The notes under the pieces: generated by a model
Told to the model about the DNA's origin: nothing
The model's database searches: none
Seen by the model: only the letters and a program-made list of their open reading frames with translations
Part shown: piece by piece, positions 8,761-19,897 of the stretch
Layout of the letters: each line of letters opens with the position of its first letter
Numbering within the stretch: position 1 is the first letter of the stretch
Made by a program: the position numbers and the translations under genes
Source: Azolla caroliniana
Lineage: Eukaryota > Plantae > Polypodiophyta
Assembly (NCBI GenBank): GCA_043228905.1
Contig: JBHGNT010000010.1
Span: forward strand, 7,688,001-7,752,000
DNA: 64,000 bases
Reading direction: 5' to 3'

Positions 8761-11700
8761 AAGAAAGAAGAGTGTGTGGATTGCGAGGAGAAGCAACATT
8801 TGTCACACCTAGTGGCGCATGTAAACTAGTACTACCCGACAAGAAGCACAAGCACTGGATACAAGAATTCGAGAAGATGTTGAAAGAAGAAAACATAATA
8901 GAAGAAGGAGAGTTCGTGACTCATATTATGGAAGAAGCCTCATTTAACGACACCATCGGTGAAATCGAGGACGTCGTGGACTTGAGCTATCTTCACAACC
9001 AACGCGTGATTTCGGTTAACTCCGTCAACATGTACGCTATCATCGATGAATACCATCGTGGCATCTCGATGAAGGAAGTTGACATCAACACGAAATATAA
9101 AATGGTGGATAAGAAGATCAAGCCAGTTGCGGTTCCGCTACCAGAAGATAGCTGGCAAAAGATGAAGGAAGTCGCTAACGATCCAAGCTTAAGAGATCCG
9201 AAGAGGATAGGTCATGTCTTCACCAAAGAGACAAAGGGGAAGCTACGAGTTGGAAAGGAGGATTTCCTTCTCCCTGAAGAGGAGCGAATGTTTCGTGATA
9301 TGCTTCAGAGACATGGGAAGGCTTTCGCATTCTTCCCACGAGAAATCGGATGCGCCGACCCAAAGGTTATAGAGCCGATGGTGATCTTCACGGTGCCTCA
9401 TGTGCCTTGGAATTTGAAACCGATACCGGTTCCGAGAGCACACCTTCCAAAGCTGATCGAGCTCTTAAAGGAGAAGGTGAGTATGGGAATTCTAGAACCG
9501 TCGAATGCTCCTTATTCCAATAGGTGGTTCACGGTGCCGAAGAAGAATGGATCATTGCGATTCATCCAAGATCTTCAACCCGTCAGCAAGGTGACAATTC
9601 GAAATGCCGGAATCGGTCCGAGCGTGGACGAATTTGCCGAAGCGTTTGCGGGCCGGTCCATCTACTCCATTGGCGATCTCTACTCCGGATATGACCAATT
9701 CCAATTGGCGATCGACAGTCGGGACATTACAACCATGAGGACTCCGATCGGGCTTGTGCGGATGTGTACCTTACCCCAAGGCGCAACGAACTCGGTGGCT
9801 CATATGGTGAATGCCATGAATAAAGTCTTGAAGGATTGCATCCCGGACATCACGATGCCATTCTTGGATGATATTCCGATAAAAGGATGTTCGGATGAGG
9901 AGAAAGATGAATCAAAAGATAAGGAAGGTTGTAGAAAGTTCGTTGCGGTTCATATGAAAGATTGCGAGAAGGTGCTTCAAAGGCTCGAAGATGCGAATTT
10001 GACATTTTCGGGAGAAAAATCCACATTCGGGCAACCAGAGATCTTGGTGGTAGGTCACTTGTGTGGAGAATATGGCCGGAAGCCCTCGCCATCCAAAGTG
10101 AATGCAATCCAAGACATGAAAGAAGAATGCGAAAACCAAACGGAGGTTCGAAGGTTCCTTGGAGCGTGCGTGTTTTATCATATATGGATTCCTCACTACG
10201 CTCATGTCGCTGAACCGTTATATGGACTACTAAAGAAAAGAATGAAGTTTGAATAGCGAGACGAGCACACAAATGCGATGCGAAGATTAAAGAAACTGCT
10301 TCTTGAAGCTCCGGCACTAAGGAAGGCCGACTATGCCGAAGGGAAACCAATTTACGTGACCGTAGATACGAGCCCAACCGGAATCGGGTGGGTCATCAAT
10401 CAAGAAGGTGAAGATAATGCGCGATATGCCGTCCGGTTCAGAGCAAAGGTTCTCAGCGAACGGCAACAAAGATATGCCCAAGTGAAGCGGGAACTTTGGG
10501 GTATTGTGTCGGCAATGAAGACGGACAAAGATTACCTGATCGGGTCAGAAGTGATAATAGAGACTGATTGTCTCCCAATTCTCGGAATGGTCTCGGGATG
10601 TGCGACCCCAGATCTTGCTATGCTAAGGTGGATCGCCTACATCAAGTCTTTAAACCCAGAGATCCGTCATATTGCAGGGAAGAAGAACGCCATGGCTGAC
10701 ATGCTGTCGAGGGCAAGATTTTCAAATGGAAGTAACATGGTTTCGAAAGATGAAAATGTCGCCCTCGACTTCTTCAAGATGGCTCGATTGTCGGCGGAAG
10801 ACCAGGACACGCAGACCCTCCACGCCTTCAACGAGAACGAGTACGAAGGAGAGTGGTTACTCATCGGTAGATTCCTAAGAACATTGACGACAGATGCTTC
10901 GTTGACAAAGGAGGAGGCCCTACGAATCCGAAAGAAAGCTTACCGATACTTCTTGAAGGGAGGATTCCTTTGGCGACATCCAAAAAGAAGGATAGGAATA
11001 CCACGTCGAGTGGTGGTAAAGAAAGAGGAACAAGAGACGCTGATGACCGAATTCCACGAGAGTGCTTGGGTAGGTCATAGAGGAACATGGGCGACGTTCG
11101 AAAAGTTGAAGGAGAAGTATTGGTGGCCAAGCATGTACAAAGATGTCCTCCATTTCGTGTCCACATGCAAAACTTGCCAAATATATTCAAATATACGTCA
11201 TCGTGACGAGTTACAGCCGACATACCCACTCACCATACACTTCTAATGGATGGTGGATCTGGTCTCAATGCCAATGGGAGTGGGACAAATGAAGTACTTA
11301 GCGCTGGCGAGGGAAGACTTGACAAATCAAGTGGAAGGACGAGCCTTGACAAATAAGATGACTTCAGCCGTTTGCAAATTTCTGCTTGAAGAGGTTGTTT
11401 GCCGATATGGATGTGTAGGGAAGATAGTGGCCGACCGAGGGGAGTTGGACGCGCACGAAGCGACGGAGCTCTTCAAAAGACTAGGCGTGAAGCTCTCCCT
11501 CACGACTGCCTACAATCCGGAAGCGAATGGGAAGATCGAGCGAGGGCATGGACCTATCGTTAAAGCCATCGTATGGGCATGCAATGGTAGATTCGGGAAT
11601 TGGCCACGACTATTACCCTATGCCTTGTGGGCCGATAGAACGACACATAGCTCGGTGACAGGGTATATGCCGACGGAGCTTATGTATGGACAAAAGCCGA

Positions 11701-12191
11701 TTATGCCCATCGAAAGGATGATCGCCTCATGGGTAGCGATACCGTGGGAGAACGAGATGAGCCGAGAAGAGTTATTAGCGGCGCGGATAAGGCAACATGA
11801 AAGAAGACCTGAAGATTTAGAAAAAGCGCGAAAGATGATGGAGGCAGCCCAAGTAAAGAACAAAGTTCGGTTCGACAACACGCATCGACTTCGTCCCAAG
11901 AAAATTGAAGAAGGGGATTGGGTTTTGGTTTACGACAACACCCTTGACAATCAACACAGTACAACAAGGAAGTTCGCAAGAAGGTGGTTCGGGCCGTATG
12001 TGGTGACAAGTGCCAACGATAATGCCACATACCACCTTGCAGAACTAGACGGATCAAGGTTGGTCGTACCCATTGCGGGAAAAAGAGTAAAGATTTTCAA
12101 GAAAAGACAAGACAAGGATCCTGACCTCGATCACCTCGACGATGAACATAATAGGGCGGATGTAAATGAAGACATGGAGGAATCTAATTGA
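8697..12191 (+). pseudogene. pol: pol (RT-RH-IN) of element B with two in-frame stops
   Basis: ORFs 8772..10256, 10278..11246 and 11250..12191 share one frame; motifs FLDD, VDTS, DRGE, WFGPY. Confidence 0.92.
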
Positions 12192-12263
12192 TCACCGTAG
12201 CCGAAATCTCACTTTCTCTCTTCTTGGCACGTACCGGAGGACGTGCGGTTTGGTGGGCGTGGA

Positions 12264-13365
12264 TATCGTGAAGATTTTCGGCAATAGTGTGAAAATCCCA
12301 TAAAACGTACGAAATCGAGTATGAATCACATAATACAATAATTGTGAAGATAACATTTTAAATAAATTTAATATCTAAGTACAAAATGATGGAGGTTTCG
12401 AATGCACTTTATTACAAGAGAAACGGACAACTAAATGTCAAGATATGAGGGTATAAAGTTTGTGAAAGGAAAAGAGAAAATTGTGTCTATGTGTGGAGCA
12501 TAGAGAGTTCAAGGTAACTTGAACTAAGAGTGGAGGTGGGCTAGCTACTCGTAAAGGGTTTTGGCCAACCAAAACCGGACCGGCGATGGAGCCGGTGATC
12601 CAGCGACGGCGAGGCAGCGGCATCCGGCATCCACCGTCAGTGAGACGACGGCATCCGGCATCGGTGAGACGACGGCAACATCCGGCGTCAATGAGACGAC
12701 GGCATCCGGCGAGGCACCGGTAACCAATGGTATCCGGCGGCGGCACCGGTATCCAACGGCAACCGACGAACCGACGTCCGGTGACTAGATAAATAAATAT
12801 ATAAATATATACACATATATACATATACAAGGAGGGCAAGTAAGGATTCGAACCTTGCACCTCCGAGTTAGGAGTCAATTGGCTTACCATTAAGCCATGC
12901 CATTTAGTTGAATTTATATTTCTATCATTGTACTTTTACATGTAAATTCTCATACAAGAGAGCTAAAATGAGTGACATGGTTATCATGCACCACATGTAA
13001 TACATAAGCGCCAAATGGCAAACATGCATTTTATGCATGTCTTGTACCCTCACATGCATCATATGCATGAGAGCATCTATAAAAGGAGGGGGGAGGAGAA
13101 AAAACACATTTTTTTGGGGGTTATGAAATTAAGAAGAAGAAATTCATTATCAAATTGATCGTGTAACTTGTTTCTTAAATCCAAAGATAAAAGTTCAATC
13201 AATCTCTCTCAATCGTTAGATCTCAACTTCTCTCTTTCCCAATCTATCTTAAGTACTTTCTCGCTAAAGCTTGCGCCAAAGCTTGTACCGACTTTGAACC
13301 CTTTCGGTCCGGGACCCCGGCGGTTCCGCCTCACGATCCGCCCGTAGTGACGGATCTTCACGACA
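12264..13365 (+). repeat. 3' LTR of element B
   Basis: TATCGTGAAG (TG mutated to TA)...CACGACA, following the G-rich PPT. Confidence 0.92.
12832..12904 (-). ncRNA. tRNA-derived Pol III module inside the 3' LTR of B
   Basis: Same sequence as 5908-5980. Confidence 0.7.
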
Positions 13366-13472
13366 CCGGTGCTTCCAAAATGGCTTTAACTTTATCCGAG
13401 TCCACCACAATCCCGTCCTTACTCACAATATGGCCTAGTAGCGTGCCGTTGGTTACCTCGAATACGCATTTC

Positions 13473-16400
13473 TGTTGGGATTACGGTCCCTTCGGATGGG
13501 ATGGTCGGATGTCGGAGATGAATGCCGACGAGCCCGGTTTCGGTTTCGGAACCGGATGATGGAGACCCCGGCTTCGGAGCCGGATGACGAATGTACCCGG
13601 AGAGAGATCCGGATGCGGGGACATATCTGTGAATATGTTTGCCAAGGGCCCTTGAGGCTATAGTTGTAAATAGCCCCAAAGTCATATGTGTATAAATATG
13701 ACTTAGGGCAAATAGTTTTTATGTTGCTACTCATTTTTTCTGTTTTTCCACTCAAGAGGAGTGAAGAGAGAGCAGCCGTGAGAGAGAGAGAGATAGAGCG
13801 TGAGAGAGGAAGAGGTCGACACCTCTGTGTAATACCGCCGCCTGTGGCGAGGACAGCGAGCTCAAGGTCGTCGCCTTGCAGCTCGCCATTATATATTTCT
13901 CTGTGCATAGTTCGTTTGGAGTCTTGTACGCCCGTGGTTTTTCCCGTCTAGGGTTTTCCACGTTAATCCCTGTGTATTCGTGTTCTTTCTCTGTGGTTCC
14001 TATTTTCTGCTGCATTGATTCGTGCTTACTCGGTTGTGGCCGAGTGGTGCAGGTTAATCGGAGCGTCGATTACTCAACAAACTGGTATCAGAGCGAGTTG
14101 CTGCAGAAAATGGAAGGCGGCGGCAGCGGGCATCCGGGGATGATGGTGCTGAATGCGCAGAATTACGCCGACTGGAAGATCAAGATGGAGGATCTTCTGA
14201 TTGTTCGGGACCTGTACGAACCGATTGACAGGTCGGAAATACCGAAGGGGGTACTTGAGTCGGAATGGAGGCTTCTGAACCGGAAAGCCGTTGCAACCAT
14301 TCGGCAATACGTAGACGTGAGCGTTCTACAACATGTGGCGAACGACACCAACGCATATGAGATGTGGCGGAAGCTGTCGGGCCTCTATGAGAGGAAGAAT
14401 GCGTTGAACCGGACCTCCCTGATGAGGAAGATAGTGAACCTCAAGTACCGGGACGGCGAGAGTATGGTGGAACACGTAAGCACGTTCATGGGATTCGTGA
14501 ATCAGCTTGCGGCGATCAAGTTCCCGTTGGAGGATGCAATGCAAGCCATCATTCTGATGTGTACATTGCCGGAAAGCTGGGAGAACTTGGTGGTGACTCT
14601 CAGCACCTCCTGCACCGAAGATAACTTGTCCCTACAAACGGTAAAGACAAGTATTTTGAACGAAGAAGCGCGTCGGAGAGATAAAGAACCGGCCTCCGAC
14701 TCGAAGGCGCTGCTTACCGAATCGGAACGGGGAAGACAATGGAACCGGAGTCCGCAAAGACGGGAGAAGTCGGGGACCCGGTCGCAGTCAAGAGGAAGAC
14801 CCACATGCTTCCACTGTGGGAAGCCGGGGCACTTCCGGAAGAATTGTCGGCACTACCGAAAGGACAACGGAGCCGACGACACCGATTCGAAGAAGTCTTC
14901 GGAACGAAACGGTGCATACCGGGGAGCCACGGACCGGAGAGGTCCGGATCGGCGAGGGCAGGACCGGAAAGGAACGACGGCACTCGCGGCAAGTGAGGAA
15001 GAAATCATGCTCATCACCGAAGAAGGTGAACTAAACATTGCCGGCGATGAGACGACCTGGGTGGTCGATTCCGGAGCATCGTTCCACCTGACCCCAGAAA
15101 GAAGATACTTCTCATCCTACACAGCCGGTGAGCATGGCTGTGTTCGGATGGGAAATGAAGGTACGTGCCGGATTGCCGGCATAGGAGACGTGTGGTTGAC
15201 AACCCCGACCGGATGCAAAATGCTGTTGAAGGATGTCCGACACGTTCCGGAGGTTCGATTGAACCTGATTTCGGACGGGAGGCTAGACGATGAAGGCTAC
15301 ACAGGTAGCATCCGAAACGGCGTAATGAAGTTCAGCAAGGGAAGCCTGATAGTGGCTCGGGCCTGGAAAGTCAACACACTGTACCTTATGAATGCCTGGT
15401 TGTGTCCGGAAGAGTTGAACGTGGCAGCCGACACTGCCGGTGAGCTGTGGCACAAGAGACTGTGCCACATGAGTGAGAAGGGGATGAAGAGGCTTGCAGA
15501 AGACAACCTTATTCCAGTGAAGCATGTGCACCTGGAGAAGTGCACCGATTGCCTGGCCGGTAAGCAGAACCGAACCTCCTTCCACTCAAGGCCACCGACG
15601 AGACGTAGCGCACCATTGGAGTTGGTGCACACTGACGTGTGTCAGGTAGAAACGAAGTCACATGGCGGAGCCCAGTACTTCGTAACATTCATTGATGATC
15701 ACAACCGGAAGCTGTGGACGGCACCGTTGAAGACAAAGGACCAAGTGTTGTGCGTCTTCAAAGAACTCCACGCGAGAGTGGAAAGGGAATCCGGCAAGAA
15801 GCTGAAAGCGATACGAGCGGATAACGGAGGAGAATACCGGGGGCAGTTCGCGGAGTACTGTCGCTCGAAGGGAATCCGGCTCGAGTTTCCTGTGCCGAAG
15901 ACGCCGGAACTGAACGGGCTGGCCGAGAGGATGAACCGGACCATAATGGAGAGGGTCCGGAGTATGCTGGCGCATGCGAAATTACCCAAGGGGTTTTGGG
16001 CTGAGGCGATGTCGACGGCGACATACGTGATAAATAGATCACCCTCAGTACCTTTGGACGGAGACACGCCGCAGAGAGTGTGGACCGGTAGGGAAGTATC
16101 CTACCGGCATCTGAAGGTGTTCGGGTGTCTCGCATATGTGCATGTGGCTAAGGACCGGAGAGGAAAGCTAGATCCAAAGACCCGGCCATGCATATTCCTC
16201 GGTTACGGCGATGACGAGTTCGGCTACCGAGTATGGGACCCGGTCGACAAGAAGATATTCCGGAGTCGTGATATCATCTTCATGGAGAACAAGACACTCG
16301 CCGACTGGGAGTCGGAGAAGAAGATGAAGAGCTCCAAGTCGACCGGTGAGGATCAACTCTACGAGGAGCAGTCCCGACCGGCAAGGGACCGGTTAGCACT

Positions 16401-18800
16401 CGAGGATCCGGCCGAAGACGGTGAAGAAACAGAACCGGCCGAAGAAGATGAAAATGATACCGGAACCGGCCCCGATCCCGAAATGGATTCGGATGAAGAA
16501 GAATCGGAAGAACCGGTTACCGAAGCTCCGGAACGGAGATATCCTCTAAGAGAGAGAAGGGCCCCCCGGAGATTTCCGGAACCAGAGCACGTGCTGCTAA
16601 CCGACGAAGGGGAGCCGGAGAGCTTTGAAGAAGCAAAGCATGACACCCAGAGCCGCAGGTGGTTGAGTGCCATGCAGGACGAGATGGATTCCCTGCAGGA
16701 GAACCACACATATGAACTTGTGGAGTTGCTGAAAGGAAAGCGGGCACTTCGAAACAAGTGGGTGTTCAAGCTGAAACCGGGAGATGCCGGAAACCCCCCG
16801 AGATACAGAGCCAGGATCGTTGTGAAGGGGTTTCAGCAGAAGAAGGGCGTCGACTTCGACGAGATATTTGCCCCGGTAGTGAAGATGACCTCCATCCGGA
16901 CGGTGCTGAGCATAGCGGCAAGCATGGACCTCGAGGTAGAACAGATGGACGTGAAGATGGCATTCCTTCACGGTGACCTCGAAGAAGAGATCTACATGCA
17001 GCAACCGGAAGGATTCGAGAAGAAAGGGAAGGAGCACCTGGTATGCCGGTTGAAGAAGAGCCTTTACGGACTGAAGCAGGCTCCCCGGCAATGGTACCGA
17101 AAGTTCGACTCTTTCATGACCGACGAAGGGTACCTCAAAACGCAGTCCGACCACTGCGTGTTTGTGAAGAAGTTCGAAGGAGGAGACTTTCTAATACTCC
17201 TCCTGTACGTGGACGACATGTTGATCGTCGGACGAGACCAGGTCAAGATACGAATGCTGAAGAAGGCTCTTCACCGAACCTTCTCAATGAAGGACCTGGG
17301 TCCGGCGAGGCAAATACTAGGGATGCACATCATCCGGGACCGGAAGAAGAAGCAGTTGTGGCTGTCACAGGAGAAGTACGTGACAAAGGTGCTTCACCGG
17401 TTCAACATGTCGGAAGCAAGACCGGTCGGGTCAACACTCCCGGCAAACTGCAAGCTGTCCAGCAAGCAGAGCCCCAAGACAAAGGCTGAGAAGGAGGACA
17501 TGATGAAAGTACCATATGCCTCTGCCGTCGGGAGCTTGATGTACGCAATGGTGTGTACCCGACCGGACATCGGATATGCAGTCGGAGTGGTGAGCCGGTA
17601 CATGAGCAATCCCGGCAAAGAGCATTGGAACGCGGCCAAGTGGATACTCCGATACCTGAAGGGCACGGCAAACGTGTGCCTCCGATTCGGCTCCGGTAAG
17701 CCCGAACTCGACGGCTTCACCGATTCGGATATGTCGGCTGATGCAGATACCAGCCGGTCCACATCAGGGTATGTGATGACGTATGCAGGGGGAGTTGTTT
17801 CATGGCAGTCGAGGCTGCAGAAGACGGTTGCGTTGTCAACCACGGAGGCGGAGTACATGGCGGCTGTTGAAGCCGGCAAGGAAATAATATGGATGAAGGA
17901 CTTCATTAGAGAGCTCGGTATCCGGCAGGAGGAATACCGACTCTACTGCGACAGTCAGAGTGCAATCCACCTTGCGAAGAACGCGGCCTATCACTCCCGG
18001 ACGAAGCACATCCAGCGAAGATATCACTGGATCCGGGAAAGAATAGAAGACAAGGAGTTCGTGCTGACGAAGGTCCACACGGACGAGAACGGGTCGGATA
18101 TGCTGACCAAGGTGCTCACACCCGACAAACTGGAAGCATGCCGGAAGAGGATCGGATTGGAAAGACATCCCATGCCGAAGTGAAGGGGGAGTTTGTTGGG
18201 ATTACGGTCCCTTCAGATGGGATGGTCGGATGTCGGAGATGAATGCCGACGAGCCCGGTTTCGGTTTCGGAACCGGATGATGGAGACCCCGGCTTCGGAG
18301 CCGGATGACAAATGTACCTGGAGAGAGATCCGGATGCGGGGACATATCTGTGAATATGTTTGCCAAGGGCCCTTGAGGCTATAGTTGTAAATAGCCCCAA
18401 AGTCATATGTGTATAAATATGACTTAGGGCAAATAGTTTTTATGTTGCTACTCATTTTTTCTGTTTTTCCACTCAAGAGGAGTGAAGAGAGAGCAGCCGT
18501 GAGAGAGAGAGAGATAGAGCGTGAGAGAGGAAGAGGTCGACGCCTCTGTGTAATACCGCCACCTGTGGCGAGGACAGCGAGCTCAAGGTCGTCGCCTTGC
18601 AGCTCGCCATTGTATATTTCTCTGTGCATAGTTCGTTTGGAGTCTTGTACTCCCGTGGTTTTTCCCGTCTAGGGTTTTCCACGTTAATCCCTGTGTATTC
18701 GTGTTCTTTCTCTGTGGTTCCTATTTTCTGCTGCATTGATTCGTGCTTACTCGGTTGTGGCCGAGTGGTGAAGGTTAATCGGAGCGTCGATTACTCAACA
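13473..18800 (+). mobile_element. Full-length Ty1/Copia element C1 (Tto1/Tnt1-like, Tork-type), TSD ATTTC
   Basis: 607-bp LTRs at 13473-14079 and 18194-18800 (about 8 differences by eye). PBS TGGTATCAGAGC (tRNA-iMet) at 14083. PPT GAAGGGGGAG. ATTTC on both sides. Confidence 0.97.
14110..18183 (+). CDS. Intact Copia Gag-Pol polyprotein (1357 aa: gag, CCHC, PR, IN, RT, RNase H)
   Basis: CFHCGKPGHFRKNC, WVVDSGAS, LWHKRLCH, VHTD..ADNGGEY..AER, YVDDM, TDSD..TEAEY..CDSQSA, all in one frame. Confidence 0.93.
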   Translation: MEGGGSGHPGMMVLNAQNYADWKIKMEDLLIVRDLYEPIDRSEIPKGVLESEWRLLNRKAVATIRQYVDVSVLQHVANDTNAYEMWRKLSGLYERKNALNRTSLMRKIVNLKYRDGESMVEHVSTFMGFVNQLAAIKFPLEDAMQAIILMCTLPESWENLVVTLSTSCTEDNLSLQTVKTSILNEEARRRDKEPASDSKALLTESERGRQWNRSPQRREKSGTRSQSRGRPTCFHCGKPGHFRKNCRHYRKDNGADDTDSKKSSERNGAYRGATDRRGPDRRGQDRKGTTALAASEEEIMLITEEGELNIAGDETTWVVDSGASFHLTPERRYFSSYTAGEHGCVRMGNEGTCRIAGIGDVWLTTPTGCKMLLKDVRHVPEVRLNLISDGRLDDEGYTGSIRNGVMKFSKGSLIVARAWKVNTLYLMNAWLCPEELNVAADTAGELWHKRLCHMSEKGMKRLAEDNLIPVKHVHLEKCTDCLAGKQNRTSFHSRPPTRRSAPLELVHTDVCQVETKSHGGAQYFVTFIDDHNRKLWTAPLKTKDQVLCVFKELHARVERESGKKLKAIRADNGGEYRGQFAEYCRSKGIRLEFPVPKTPELNGLAERMNRTIMERVRSMLAHAKLPKGFWAEAMSTATYVINRSPSVPLDGDTPQRVWTGREVSYRHLKVFGCLAYVHVAKDRRGKLDPKTRPCIFLGYGDDEFGYRVWDPVDKKIFRSRDIIFMENKTLADWESEKKMKSSKSTGEDQLYEEQSRPARDRLALEDPAEDGEETEPAEEDENDTGTGPDPEMDSDEEESEEPVTEAPERRYPLRERRAPRRFPEPEHVLLTDEGEPESFEEAKHDTQSRRWLSAMQDEMDSLQENHTYELVELLKGKRALRNKWVFKLKPGDAGNPPRYRARIVVKGFQQKKGVDFDEIFAPVVKMTSIRTVLSIAASMDLEVEQMDVKMAFLHGDLEEEIYMQQPEGFEKKGKEHLVCRLKKSLYGLKQAPRQWYRKFDSFMTDEGYLKTQSDHCVFVKKFEGGDFLILLLYVDDMLIVGRDQVKIRMLKKALHRTFSMKDLGPARQILGMHIIRDRKKKQLWLSQEKYVTKVLHRFNMSEARPVGSTLPANCKLSSKQSPKTKAEKEDMMKVPYASAVGSLMYAMVCTRPDIGYAVGVVSRYMSNPGKEHWNAAKWILRYLKGTANVCLRFGSGKPELDGFTDSDMSADADTSRSTSGYVMTYAGGVVSWQSRLQKTVALSTTEAEYMAAVEAGKEIIWMKDFIRELGIRQEEYRLYCDSQSAIHLAKNAAYHSRTKHIQRRYHWIRERIEDKEFVLTKVHTDENGSDMLTKVLTPDKLEACRKRIGLERHPMPK

Positions 18801-19897
18801 ATTTCGTCGGGTTCAAACTTAGCCGGTAACCTCTTCATTTCTACAGGCATAACCGGAGATGGTCAAGATGTTCTCCTTTCCTGTTGTACACCGCAAAGCC
18901 ATCCAAGAACAACTACATAAACGTTGGGATAAATTCCCCGAAAATTTCCATGATGATTCGTTGGAACGTTGCCAGTGCCGTCTTCAGTCCGAACATCATA
19001 ACAACCGCTACAAAGACTCCCCAATCGGTGACGAACGTTGTTTTCTCCTGATCATCTGGGTGCATCCTGATTTGGTTATACCCATTGAATCCATCGAGGA
19101 AGCTATACACCTTCTGGCCTGCTACTGCATCCAAGACTCCATCCGTGAATGGGAGCGGAAATGCATCGGTGAAAGTGGCAGCATTCAATTTCCGGTAATC
19201 CACACAGACCCGAATCTCTCCGTTCTTCTTCGGTACCACCACAATTGGGCTTAGCCAAGTAGCTTTCTTCACTGGTCGGATGAACCCAACCCGTAACAAC
19301 TTGTCGATCTCCTCATTTACTTTAGCCGGGTAATTCAGATTCATCTGGGAACATCTCTACGCCACCAATTTCGCATCCTTGCTTAAATGAATCTGGTGCC
19401 GATATAATTGCGGGTCCAATCCCCGCATGTCTTCATATGACCACGCAAATACGTCCCGGAATTCTTTCAATAATGTGACCAGTGCCGATTTCTCTTCCGG
19501 TAGCATTTCTTTGGCCACATGCACCAGTCTTGTTTCTTTGCTGATTTTAAACCATCGGTGAATCGGGGAACCAATTGCAGTAACCGACCCAGTAGTAGCA
19601 TGATCTAGCATTCCTATAATGCCTGCCATGTGGGGTTCTCCTACTGTGTCGTCTCTGTAGGTTCCTCCAATGCGTTCCTTTGCTCCTTCAGTTCGGTGAC
19701 ATTCCGTTCGTTTTCCTTTTCAATCCATTCTGTAGCTTGTTTGCGGATAGCTTCCTGAGCCTCCCATTCGGCCATCTTTCCCTTTGATCTAGTGGTGACT
19801 TGATGGATGTCGGCCACTTCTGCAACCACCATGTTGACTGACGGTCGTTTTTCGTTACACTTTACCGGACATTGGTTGTTGTAGTGTACCTCCTGGC
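18801..19897 (-). pseudogene. pol: Host H1 gag end and RT N-terminal part; protease region apparently deleted near 19550
   Basis: ORF 18913..19344 reads WLSPIVVVPKKNG..RVCVDYRKLN..LDGFNGYNQI; the active site reads FLDG. Confidence 0.85.

Larger units (their letters stand above)
5251..13365 (+). mobile_element. Full-length Ty3/Gypsy element B (family G1), degenerate, 4-bp TSD CCGG
   Basis: Two LTRs, PBS, gag-PR, RT-RH-IN and PPT. CCGG at 5247-5250 and 13366-13369. Confidence 0.95.

Noticed and set aside
13876-14109. 78-aa N-terminal extension of the C1 polyprotein from a TTG start
   Set aside because: It lies in the LTR/PBS. C2 starts at the ATG homologous to 14110.
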